A DNA stretch of 64,000 nucleotides from an uncultured Armatimonadetes bacterium. Lineage in GTDB: Bacteria > Armatimonadota > Hebobacteria > Hebobacterales > Hebobacteraceae. How positions within the stretch are numbered: position 1 is the stretch's first letter; each line of letters opens with the position of its first letter. The stretch is from contig OY970296.1 of the NCBI GenBank assembly GCA_963716175.1, positions 2,720,001-2,784,000 on the forward strand, in the 5' to 3' direction. The notes under the pieces are model-generated. The model made no database searches. It had not been told where the DNA came from and saw only the letters and a list, made by a program, of their open reading frames with translations. Position numbers and translations under genes: made by a program. Shown piece after piece: positions 41,149-49,999 of this stretch.

Positions 41149-42032
41149 CTCACTGCTGCCCTCGTTACCCCCCGCAGCATCACGGCGGTGGCCAGGTTGA
41201 AGGTGAGCACCAGGGTCAGCAGCACCAGGGCGGCCAGCAAGAGCGCGGAGTCATAGAGCGGAATGCTCATCATCTCCCCGTAGTTGTTCGCGATCAAGGC
41301 CGGCAACGGGTAAGCCGGATCGAACACCGAGTGGGGCGGCTTCGGCACGTTCCCCACCACCATCAACACCGCCATCGTCTCCCCGAGGGCGCGGGAGAAA
41401 CCCAGCACCACCGCCGCCGCCAGCCCCGGGACCACGCTCCGGAGCGTGACGTGCTTGACGGTTTGCCACTTGCTGGCGCCGAGGGCCAGAGAAGCCTCTC
41501 TGGTGGCCAGCGGAACTGACCTCAGCACCTCCTGAGCCACCGCGATCATGATGGGAGAGACCATGATCGCCAACACGATGCCCCCGGCCAAGACACTGTA
41601 GCCCATGCTGCTGGAGCCGAACTGGGTGCCGACCTTGCCCACGAAAGGGACGACCGCCAGCATCCCCCACAGGCCGAAGACTACCGGAGGGATGCCGGCC
41701 AGCAGATCCATGAGCGGCTGCGCCAGCGCCCGCACCCGCCGGCCGGCGTATTCCGCCAGATAGATGGCCGTGAGCAGGCAGACCGGAACGCTGAGCGCCA
41801 TCGCCAGGCCGCTCACCCACAGTGTGCCGAGCAGGAACGGGTAGAGGCCGAACTCGCCTCTCAGCGGGTGCCAGGAGGAGGAGAACAGAAGATGAGAGAG
41901 CGGCTTGGTGGCCAGAATGGGCCGCGATTTCTGCAGCAGGCCCAGCGCCACAGCGAACACGAGCACCAGGCAGATGGCCGCTGCTGCGCTCATCACCGTC
42001 GCCGCCACCCAGTCCTTCCACTTCCTCGGCAT
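41145..42032 (-). CDS. pstC: PstC-like permease
   Basis: LAGIPPVVFGLWG, EASLALGASKWQT, SRALGETMAV. Confidence 0.9.
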   Translation of the reverse strand: MPRKWKDWVAATVMSAAAAICLVLVFAVALGLLQKSRPILATKPLSHLLFSSSWHPLRGEFGLYPFLLGTLWVSGLAMALSVPVCLLTAIYLAEYAGRRVRALAQPLMDLLAGIPPVVFGLWGMLAVVPFVGKVGTQFGSSSMGYSVLAGGIVLAIMVSPIMIAVAQEVLRSVPLATREASLALGASKWQTVKHVTLRSVVPGLAAAVVLGFSRALGETMAVLMVVGNVPKPPHSVFDPAYPLPALIANNYGEMMSIPLYDSALLLAALVLLTLVLTFNLATAVMLRGVTRAAVR

Positions 42033-42071
42033 GCGCCGCTGTCTCCGTCGCCAGGGGTAATACGGACCCCG

Positions 42072-43052
42072 TTACTGCAGCTTCCTCAGGCCCTCCGCCA
42101 GCTTCTGCTTGGGGAGTTCGATGTAGCCGGCTTCGTCCACGTATCTCTGCCCCTCCCGCAAGATCCAGAGCAGAAACTCTCGGGTGAGGCCGGTCGGCTT
42201 GCCCCGGGTCAGCAGGTTGAGGTCCCGGGCCGGGGGCGAGGGATAGCGGCCGGCGGCGATCGCCCGTTTCACCTCGGCCTTGGTGCGGTAGAAGCTCTCG
42301 GAGGCGTCGAGTCTGCCATCGCCATTGATGTCAATGGGCACCACCATGACGCCGGCCACCGGCCTGCCTGTCTTGGTGTCGTAGGCGTAGTTGAGGTTGT
42401 TGTAGCCGAGGCCCAGGCGGTCTTTTCTCACCGCCTCCGCTACACCAGGGTCGCCGTAGACGGCCACCCCCTGGAGGTCCTCCTGCCGCTTGCCCAGGTA
42501 GATGGCCCAGGTCTCGCCCGCGCCGCAGGCGTCCGACCGGGTGTAGACATGCACTTTGTCCTTCACCTGGGGGCTGCCCACGAGCTCTCCCCAGGTGAGG
42601 GGCTTGCCCGCGATCCAGAGAGACACGAAACGGTCGCGCCTGACTCCGCGGCGCGAGAGCTCCTTCGCCACTGGGTTGGCGGCATTGGCCGTCGGAAGGA
42701 CCGCGTCCTTCACCACCGCAAGCCAGAAACCGCCCTTTTTCACCTCGTCCGGATGGATGTCGCGCGAGACCATGCCGATGTCCACCAGGCCGCCCAGCGC
42801 GTCGGCCGCGCCCTTCCCGGCCCCGCCGGCCGAGACATCAAGGCGCACCTTGGGATTGGCTTTCTGGAATTCCTCCGCCCACCTCACCATCATCGGATAG
42901 AGAGCCCAGGCGCCGGAGACCCGGACGGTGCCGCTGAGCTGCTGCTTTCGCGCACTTGCCTCCCGCGCCGAGGCCGGCGATCCCAGGCCCAGGACCGCCG
43001 CCGCGAGCACCGCGGCCCAGCTCACCATCCTTGTGCGGAGCGGTGCTGCCAT
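42072..43052 (-). CDS. pstS: PstS-family substrate-binding protein (variant motifs)
   Basis: Signal peptide; SGAWALYP, GGAGKG, DIGMVSR, RSDACGAGETW. Confidence 0.8.
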   Translation of the reverse strand: MAAPLRTRMVSWAAVLAAAVLGLGSPASAREASARKQQLSGTVRVSGAWALYPMMVRWAEEFQKANPKVRLDVSAGGAGKGAADALGGLVDIGMVSRDIHPDEVKKGGFWLAVVKDAVLPTANAANPVAKELSRRGVRRDRFVSLWIAGKPLTWGELVGSPQVKDKVHVYTRSDACGAGETWAIYLGKRQEDLQGVAVYGDPGVAEAVRKDRLGLGYNNLNYAYDTKTGRPVAGVMVVPIDINGDGRLDASESFYRTKAEVKRAIAAGRYPSPPARDLNLLTRGKPTGLTREFLLWILREGQRYVDEAGYIELPKQKLAEGLRKLQ

Positions 43053-43164
43053 CTCTCGATCTCTCCTTTCCTGCCGGCCTTGTAGGGCGGGTATCCGCCG
43101 CAGCCCCGGCGAAGGCGGATGCCCGCCGGTGCTGCGCTGGGATGGTTCGGAGGTGCTGCCTGCT

Positions 43165-43623
43165 TCAGATCTCGTAGCTGACCGCGGATGCCTCTCTGAG
43201 CACGCGCGCTCTGGCCACCACCTCTTCCAGCGTGAGTTTCTCCAGCACCCCGACCATCGCGTCTCTGGCTTCCTGCCAGACGGTGCGGAGGGCACAGGTT
43301 GCCTCAACGGCGCAAGTGCAGGGTGCGTACGCGGTCTGGCTGACACACCGGACAGGAGCGAGGGGGCCGTCCATCGCTCGCACCACTTCCGCCATCGTGA
43401 TCTCGCCCGGATGCTTCCCCAGAAAGTAGCCGCCGTTCGGCCCCGGCTTGCTCCCGACGATGCCTCTCCGCTTGAACACCAACAGGATCTGCTCCAGGTA
43501 CTTCTTGGGGATGCTCTGCTCTCTGGCGATGTCGGCCGTCCTCACCGGCGTGCCTTCCTCGAAGGCCGTGGCCAGATGCAGCAGGGCGCGTGCGGCGTAC
43601 TCACCTTTTGCGGAAACGGGCAT
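43165..43623 (-). CDS. Rrf2 family transcriptional regulator with Cys cluster
   Basis: KGEYAARALL, IPKKYLEQIL, GPNGGY, CVSQTAYAPCTCAVEATC. Confidence 0.93.
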   Translation of the reverse strand: MPVSAKGEYAARALLHLATAFEEGTPVRTADIAREQSIPKKYLEQILLVFKRRGIVGSKPGPNGGYFLGKHPGEITMAEVVRAMDGPLAPVRCVSQTAYAPCTCAVEATCALRTVWQEARDAMVGVLEKLTLEEVVARARVLREASAVSYEI

Positions 43624-43631
43624 TGTGCCAA

Positions 43632-43681
43632 ATCTCTACCTAGGTTTAGGAGAATATAGCAGCCCCGAACCTGGCTGTCAA
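43632..43681 (-). promoter_or_regulatory. Sigma70 promoter and candidate Rrf2 operator
   Basis: TTGACA-N17-TATATT; imperfect 9-7-9 inverted repeat ATCTCTACC-N7-AGGAGAATA over the -10/TSS. Confidence 0.7.
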
Positions 43682-43718
43682 GAGCCGGGTTCGGGGCTGT
43701 TCTGCGAAGGCGCTGCAT

Positions 43719-43795
43719 GTTGGGCAGGAGCCCCTAGGCACGCTGCGCGGGCCGGGGCGGCGGTCCGCAGGACCTAGCCGCTTGCCTCCTGCCAG
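43719..43795. repeat. REP hairpin interrupted by a 50-bp family B element
   Basis: Removing 43731..43780 gives GTTGGGCAGGAGCTTGCCTCCTGCCA, identical to the reverse complement of 48118..48143. Confidence 0.8.
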
Positions 43796-43802
43796 ATCGC
43801 GG

Positions 43803-45548
43803 TTACCAGCCCAGAGCGTAGCTCGCGCCTCGCGGCGAGGCCGCGCCTGAGATCACGCCGCTGTCGGCGTCGAACCTGATGGCAAGGGCCTGGCCGTGCT
43901 GCCAGTCGCCCGACACGTGCACGATGTGGCCGCGCGCCTCCAGGGCCTTCCGGACTTCCTGGGGAATGCGCCCTTCCACCGCCACCGCACCTGGCTCCCC
44001 CTCTCGGGGGTAGAAGGAGCTGCGGAAGTGCGCGCTGTGGAAGCTGGGCGCATCCACCGCCTCCTGCAAGTTCATCCCGAACTCCACGTGGTTGAGGAAG
44101 ACCTGCAGTGTCCACTGGTCCTGCATGTCTCCGCCGGGAGTTCCAAAGACCATCCAGGGCCGGCCCTCCTTGGTCACGAGGGAAGGGGTGAGCGTGGAGC
44201 GAGGCCGCTTGCCCGGCGCCAGGCAGTTGGGATGCTCCGGGTCGAGCCAGAACATCTGCCCTCGCGTCCCGAGGGGGAACCCGAGTCCCCGCACCACCGG
44301 AGAGGAGGAGAACCAGCCGCCGCTGGGTGTGATGGAGATCATATTGCCGAAGCGGTCAATGGCATCCAGTTGAGTGGTGTCGCCGACATGCGTGACCGGC
44401 CAGTCTGCGGAAGGCCTGGGAGGTTCTCGCCGGGGGCTGGTCATCCCCAGGCCCGGCCTGTCCTCCATTGATGCCCGCTCGCCGATCAGCCGCCTGCGCT
44501 CGGCCGCATACTCCTTTGAGAGCAGGCGCTCCAGTGGCACCTTGACGAACTCCGGGTCGCCGTAGTAAGCCTCCCGGTCGGCGAAGGCCAGCTTCGCGGC
44601 CTCGATCACGGTGTGGATGTAGTCCGGGTTGTTGTGGCCCATTGCCGCCAGCTCGAATCCCTCCAACAGGGTGAGCTGCTGCAGGAACACCGGCCCCTGG
44701 CACCAGGTGCTGCATTTGTGTACGGTCAGGCCGCGGTAGTCCACCGCCACCGGGTCTTCCACACGCGCGCTGTAGTCGGAGAAATCCTGCTCTGTGAACA
44801 GGCCCGCGTGGGGCTTGCCGCTGGCGTCCATCACCTCGGTCGCGCGGGCGAACTTGACAATCGCGCGCGCGATCTCGCCTTTGTAGAAGACGTCGCGCGC
44901 CGCTCGCAGACCGGCGACGCGGCCCTTGCGCGCCGCCTTCCGCTCGGCCTCCACCAGCAGGCTCAGCGCATCTGCCCAGTCGGGCTGCGCGAACACCTGG
45001 CCGATCTCCGGCGCCTTGCCCCCGGGCGCGAAGACCTCCACGCTGCTGGGGTAGTGCTTCTGCCAGCGCGGGAGGTTGCCCGCGATCGCGCCGTGCAGCT
45101 CAGGAAACATGGGGAATCCCTCCCCGGCCAGCTCCAGCGCGGGTGCGATCACCTCTTGCAGCGGCATGGTCCCGAAGACCGCGAGCGCGGTGATATAGGC
45201 ATCCACCGCCGCCGGCACCCCCGCGGGCAGAAAGCCATCACCCGGGATCAGCTCGATGCCCATCTGTCGGAAGCGCTCGATGGTGGCCTCGCGGGGCGCC
45301 ACGCCATGGCCGTTCACGGCATAGGCGCGGCCCCGGTCGGCAGAGTAGATCAGGGTGGGCGCCTCACCCGCGATGCCGTTCTGGTGCGGGAGCAGAACGG
45401 CCAGCGCGAACCCCGTGGCCACGCCCGCATCCACCGCGTTGCCGCCCGCCTGCAGCATCTCCAGCCCCGCCTGGGCCGCAAGATAATGCCCCGCCGCCAC
45501 CACGCCATGAGTCCCCAGAATTACCGGTCGCGTCGTGAATCCAGCCAC
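43803..45548 (-). CDS. ggt: Gamma-glutamyltransferase family protein
   Basis: GGNAVDAG, AFADREAYYGDP, GDTTQL nucleophile Thr, PGKRPRSTLTP, FGTPGGD. Confidence 0.92.
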   Translation of the reverse strand: MAGFTTRPVILGTHGVVAAGHYLAAQAGLEMLQAGGNAVDAGVATGFALAVLLPHQNGIAGEAPTLIYSADRGRAYAVNGHGVAPREATIERFRQMGIELIPGDGFLPAGVPAAVDAYITALAVFGTMPLQEVIAPALELAGEGFPMFPELHGAIAGNLPRWQKHYPSSVEVFAPGGKAPEIGQVFAQPDWADALSLLVEAERKAARKGRVAGLRAARDVFYKGEIARAIVKFARATEVMDASGKPHAGLFTEQDFSDYSARVEDPVAVDYRGLTVHKCSTWCQGPVFLQQLTLLEGFELAAMGHNNPDYIHTVIEAAKLAFADREAYYGDPEFVKVPLERLLSKEYAAERRRLIGERASMEDRPGLGMTSPRREPPRPSADWPVTHVGDTTQLDAIDRFGNMISITPSGGWFSSSPVVRGLGFPLGTRGQMFWLDPEHPNCLAPGKRPRSTLTPSLVTKEGRPWMVFGTPGGDMQDQWTLQVFLNHVEFGMNLQEAVDAPSFHSAHFRSSFYPREGEPGAVAVEGRIPQEVRKALEARGHIVHVSGDWQHGQALAIRFDADSGVISGAASPRGASYALGW

Positions 45549-45595
45549 TTGCTCCTCTCCTGACTCTGCGAAGTACCTTCGGTACGCAGCACGAG

Positions 45596-46702
45596 CTATC
45601 CCAACCGTTTCTGAAATCGCAAGGCGCTGAGCGCGAAGATGGTGCCGCCGAGCACGATCAGGGCCAGCACCTGCGGCCACAGCACTGAGATTCCAGCTCC
45701 GCGCAGGAAAATCCCGCGCACGATTTCCACGAAGTACCGCAGCGGGATGGCATAGGTGATCCACTGCACCAGCCGCGGCATGTTCTCGATGGGGAACATG
45801 AACCCGGAGAGAATCACCGATGGCATGAGTACGAAGAACGCGGTCAGCATGGCCTGCTGCTGGGTGCGCGAGACCGTGGAGATGAACAGCCCCAGGCCTA
45901 GCGTGGTGAGCAGGAAGGCGACGCTCAGGAGCAAGAGCAGAGGGCCGCTGCCCGCGATCCGCACCCCGAACCAGAAGCGAGCGAAGAAGATGATGAGGAC
46001 TACGTCCAGCAGACCGATGGCGGCGAAGGGCAGGGTTTTTCCCAGCATCAGCTCCATCGGTCTCAGCGGGGTCACGATCAACTGCTCCAGGGTGCCGGTC
46101 TCCCGCTCCCGCACGATCGCCATCGCCGTCATGGCCGTCATCACCGTGCCCAGGATCATGCAGATCACGCCGGGCACCATGTAGTTCACACTCCGCAGGT
46201 CGGGATTGTAGAATACGCGCGGCTGGTTCTCCACGGGTGGGCGCGCCAGCATCGCGGGCATACGATTGCGGGCGAACTGGGCGATCAGGGCGCCGGTGTA
46301 CCCTCCGGCGACGCCGGCGGAGTTCATGTCAGTGCCGTCGAGGATCACCTGGAGCTGGGCGGTCTCGCCTCGCGCCAATCGCTTGGAAAAGCCCTTGGGT
46401 AGGTACAGCCCCATCAGCGCCTGCCCGGCGATGATGGGCGCGTCCATATCGTCCGGGGAATCCACCCAGCCTTGCAGCTCGAAGTACCCCGAGCGCGCGA
46501 AGCTGTTCACCAGCTCCCGGCTGTCGGCCTGGCGGTCGCGGTCGCAGACCACCACGCGGATGTGCTTGATGTCCAGAGTCACGGCGTAGCCGAAGAGAAA
46601 GAGCTGGAACAGCGGTGCGAAAACCAGCACGAACAGCATGCGCCGGTCGCGCCGCAGTTGCAGCAGCTCCTTTCGCATCAGCACCGCCAGCCGTCTGCGC
46701 AC
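45596..46702 (-). CDS. ABC-2 exporter permease (YbhR-like)
   Basis: RKELLQLRRD, VRERETGTLEQLIVTP, LSGFMFPIENMP. Confidence 0.9.
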   Translation of the reverse strand: MRRRLAVLMRKELLQLRRDRRMLFVLVFAPLFQLFLFGYAVTLDIKHIRVVVCDRDRQADSRELVNSFARSGYFELQGWVDSPDDMDAPIIAGQALMGLYLPKGFSKRLARGETAQLQVILDGTDMNSAGVAGGYTGALIAQFARNRMPAMLARPPVENQPRVFYNPDLRSVNYMVPGVICMILGTVMTAMTAMAIVRERETGTLEQLIVTPLRPMELMLGKTLPFAAIGLLDVVLIIFFARFWFGVRIAGSGPLLLLLSVAFLLTTLGLGLFISTVSRTQQQAMLTAFFVLMPSVILSGFMFPIENMPRLVQWITYAIPLRYFVEIVRGIFLRGAGISVLWPQVLALIVLGGTIFALSALRFQKRLG

Positions 46703-46713
46703 CGTCTCTCCCG

Positions 46714-47844
46714 CTAGAGCGTTTTCCTGAACTTCTTGATGCTCCCGAGCACCAGCGTCGCCGCGATCGCGGTCAGCGCCAGCGCCCGGGGCCAGAGGGC
46801 GTGCCATCCCGCGCCCTTCAGCATCATGGCGCGCGCGATCACCATGAAATGAGTGGCCGGGTGGAGCTGCACGATCATCTGCAAGACCCGCGGCATACTG
46901 CTCAGAGGAAACACGAATCCCGTGAGCAACATGGTGGGGAGCAGAGTCGCGATCAGTGCCACCATGTAGGCCAGCTGCTGGCTCCGTGTGCTCACCGAGA
47001 TCAGCAGCCCCGCGCCGAGGGCGGCGAGCAGGTAGACGAAGGTGAGCGTCAGGAACAGCGCGGGCTGGCCCCGCATGGGGACATGGAAGAGCAGGCTTCC
47101 GGCGCCGGCGATCAGCGCCACATCGGCCCAGGCGATCCCCACATAGGGGAGCAGCTTGCCTGCGATCAGCTCGCCCGCGGTCACCGGCGATACCACCAAA
47201 CCCTCGATCGTGCCCTGCTCGCGCTCCCGCACGATGGTCTGCGAGGTGAGCAAGGCGGCTAGCATCATCAGGATCACCACCAGCAGTCCAGGGATGATGA
47301 AGTTCGTGCTCGACAGGTCTTCGTTGTACCAGATCCGCACCTGCGGCTCGATCAAGACGGGGGAGGAGCCGCGCCGCGATTGCGTGGCTAGGCCCGCCGC
47401 CCGCCGCAGCCACCAGTCCTGGATCATCGCCTCCAGGTAGGAGAGCGAGATGCTGGCGGTGAGGGAGTCCGAGCCATCTATCAGGGTCTGCACCGAGGTG
47501 GGCCGTCCCGCCGCCAGGTCGGCCCCAAACCTGACGGGCAGGATCAACACCACGCGCGCGGCTCTAGTCTGCAGTGAGCGCTCGGCCCCATCCGATCGCG
47601 GCAGCACCTTCACCAACCGGAAGTACCCGGTGCGGGTCAGGGCTGCCACCAGGTCGCGGCTGGCCTCGGTGGGATCGGGATCGTAGAGGGCGAGCCCGAT
47701 TCCCTTAACGTCGAAGTTGATGGCGTAGCCGTAGAGGACGAGCAAGACCAGGGGCAGGAGCAGGGCCACCCCGAGGCTGCGCGGATCGCGCAGGATGAAG
47801 CGCACCTCCTTTGCCGCCACCGCCCAGGTGCGGCCCCGGCTCAC
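46714..47844 (-). CDS. ABC-2 exporter permease (YbhS-like)
   Basis: KEVRFILRDPRS, VREREQGTIEGL, LTGFVFPLSSMP. Confidence 0.9.
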   Translation of the reverse strand: MSRGRTWAVAAKEVRFILRDPRSLGVALLLPLVLLVLYGYAINFDVKGIGLALYDPDPTEASRDLVAALTRTGYFRLVKVLPRSDGAERSLQTRAARVVLILPVRFGADLAAGRPTSVQTLIDGSDSLTASISLSYLEAMIQDWWLRRAAGLATQSRRGSSPVLIEPQVRIWYNEDLSSTNFIIPGLLVVILMMLAALLTSQTIVREREQGTIEGLVVSPVTAGELIAGKLLPYVGIAWADVALIAGAGSLLFHVPMRGQPALFLTLTFVYLLAALGAGLLISVSTRSQQLAYMVALIATLLPTMLLTGFVFPLSSMPRVLQMIVQLHPATHFMVIARAMMLKGAGWHALWPRALALTAIAATLVLGSIKKFRKTL

Positions 47845-48863
47845 TTGACTCCTCCGGATTCAGCGTTCTCCACCTGGCGGATGAGCGCGATGAACACATC
47901 CTCCAGCGAGGGCCTTACCACCTGGGCCCTCGCCATGCGCAGGCCGCGCGCCTCCAGCGCGGCCGCCACTCGGTCGGCGGGCATGGGCATGTCCGCCCTA
48001 CATGGATCGAACGAGACCCGGAGGCGTGCCCCGTGCAACCGCGCGAACCGCACGCCCTCCATCTCCTGCAGGGCCTGGAGGGCAGTGGCAGGGGCAGTAG
48101 CACAGGCTCCCAGCCTGTGGCAGGAGGCAAGCTCCTGCCCAACGGGGAACTCGACCTCGATCAGTGTGCCGGCTTGCGCGCTCTTCAGTCCGTCCGGGCT
48201 GTCCAGCGCGATCATCTTGCCCCCGAAAACCAGCCCCACGCGATCGCAGCGCTCGGCTTCATCCAGGTAGTGGGTGGTGACCAGGCAAGTGACCCCGGCC
48301 GCCGCCAGGCCATAGATCACGGCCCAGAACTGCCGCCGCGAGATCGGGTCCACTCCCACGGTGGGCTCATCGAGGAAGACCACTTCCGGCTGATGCAGCA
48401 GCGCGCAGCCCAGGGCCAACCGCTGCCGCCAGCCGGCGGAAAGCTCACCGGTGAGGCGATGCTGCTGCCGCTCCAGGCCGGCCATCTCGATCGCCCAGGC
48501 CTGCCGCTCTGGCAAACGCGCCGGCGGGACGCCGTAGATGCCGCCAAAGAACTGGAGGTTCTCGGCCACGGTCAAGTCCAGGTAGAGCGAGAAGCGCTGG
48601 GACATGTACCCGATGCGGGCGCGCACGGCCTCCGGCTCCCGGGTGATGTCGTGGCCCGCCACCATCCCCTGGCCCGCGGTCGGCCCGAGGATGCCGCAGA
48701 GCATGCGAATGGTGGTGGACTTGCCCGCGCCGTTAGGCCCCAGCAGGCCGAAGACCTCGCCCTTCTCGACCGCGAACGAAACCCGGTCAACTGCGGTGAA
48801 GTCGCCGAAGCGCTTGGTCAGGCCGGTGACCTCAATCGCCAGGGCGGGTGGGGTGGCGGGCAT
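47841..48863 (-). CDS. ABC transporter ATP-binding protein
   Basis: GPNGAGKST, LSAGWRQRL, DEPTVGVDP. Confidence 0.92.
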   Translation of the reverse strand: MPATPPALAIEVTGLTKRFGDFTAVDRVSFAVEKGEVFGLLGPNGAGKSTTIRMLCGILGPTAGQGMVAGHDITREPEAVRARIGYMSQRFSLYLDLTVAENLQFFGGIYGVPPARLPERQAWAIEMAGLERQQHRLTGELSAGWRQRLALGCALLHQPEVVFLDEPTVGVDPISRRQFWAVIYGLAAAGVTCLVTTHYLDEAERCDRVGLVFGGKMIALDSPDGLKSAQAGTLIEVEFPVGQELASCHRLGACATAPATALQALQEMEGVRFARLHGARLRVSFDPCRADMPMPADRVAAALEARGLRMARAQVVRPSLEDVFIALIRQVENAESGGVK

Positions 48864-48946
48864 GGGTCCCTAGGCCCCCCTTCGGCGGGCCGGGATGGCG
48901 GTCGCCGAATGGCGGCCTAGCCATATGCCCACCCTATAGGCCGCGC

Positions 48947-49972
48947 TCATGCCGGCTCCTCGCGCTTGCCACTCTGCGAAGCAGTCGGACTCCGCGGCCT
49001 GGCACGAGCTCGCTGCACCAGCTCGAAGAACGCGTCCTCCAGGCCGGGCGCCATCCGGCTGACGGCCGTGACCTGGACGCCAGCCTGTCGCAGCGTCTCC
49101 CGCAGCGGCTCCTCAATGTGGGCGGCAGAAGGAGCCGCAACATGGACCCGGTCGCCGAATATCTCCGCCCATGTGACACCGGCCGCTCCCCGCGCCGCCG
49201 CCTGGGCTGGCAGGAGCTGCCGCTGCTGCCCAACGCGGACCTCGAGCAACTCCAGGCCGGCCCGCTGGCGCACCTGCTCGGGCGTCCCTCCGGCCAACAG
49301 CCGTCCTTCGTAGATCAGCCCCACCTGCGCGCACCGCTCCGCCTCGTCCATGTATGGGGTGCTGGTGAGAATGGCGATGCCCTGGTTTGCCAGGCCTAGC
49401 AGCAGCTCCCAGAACTCAGCCCGGGACACTGGGTCAACTCCGGTAGTGGGCTCATCCAGCAGCAGCACCTCCGGCTCGTGAATCAAGGTACAAGCTAGCG
49501 CCAGCTTCTGCCTCATGCCGCCAGAGAGATCGCGGGTGAGCCGGCCCTTGAACCTCCCCAGGCGACTGAAGATGAGCAGCCGCTCTCGCCGCGCTGCAAA
49601 GGTCTCGCCCTTGACGCCGTGCACACGGGCCTGAAACAGGAGGTTCTCCTCGACGGTCAACTCGCCGTAGAGGCTGGATCGCTGAGGCACGTAGCCGAGG
49701 CGGCGCTTCGCTTCCTCTCCCTGCGTCACCACATCGAAGCCGGCCACCCGCGCGGCTCCGCTGTCCGGCGGCATGGCACCGCAGAGGAGGCGGATGGTGG
49801 TGGTCTTGCCCGCGCCGTCCGGCCCCACCAGGCCGAAGATCTCGCCGGGCGCGACAGTGAGATCGAGGCCGTCCACGGCTGTCACCGGGCCGAAGTGCTT
49901 GCGCAGGCCCCGCGCTTCAATCGCTGGGGCGGGCAGTGAAGGGCTTGGAGCTTGTGGCGCTAGTGGGGGCAT
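48947..49972 (-). CDS. ABC transporter ATP-binding protein
   Basis: GPDGAGKTT, LSGGMRQKL, DEPTTGVDP. Confidence 0.92.
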   Translation of the reverse strand: MPPLAPQAPSPSLPAPAIEARGLRKHFGPVTAVDGLDLTVAPGEIFGLVGPDGAGKTTTIRLLCGAMPPDSGAARVAGFDVVTQGEEAKRRLGYVPQRSSLYGELTVEENLLFQARVHGVKGETFAARRERLLIFSRLGRFKGRLTRDLSGGMRQKLALACTLIHEPEVLLLDEPTTGVDPVSRAEFWELLLGLANQGIAILTSTPYMDEAERCAQVGLIYEGRLLAGGTPEQVRQRAGLELLEVRVGQQRQLLPAQAAARGAAGVTWAEIFGDRVHVAAPSAAHIEEPLRETLRQAGVQVTAVSRMAPGLEDAFFELVQRARARPRSPTASQSGKREEPA

Positions 49973-49999
49973 CTTCGCCTGGGATGGCAGGAGCCAAGT

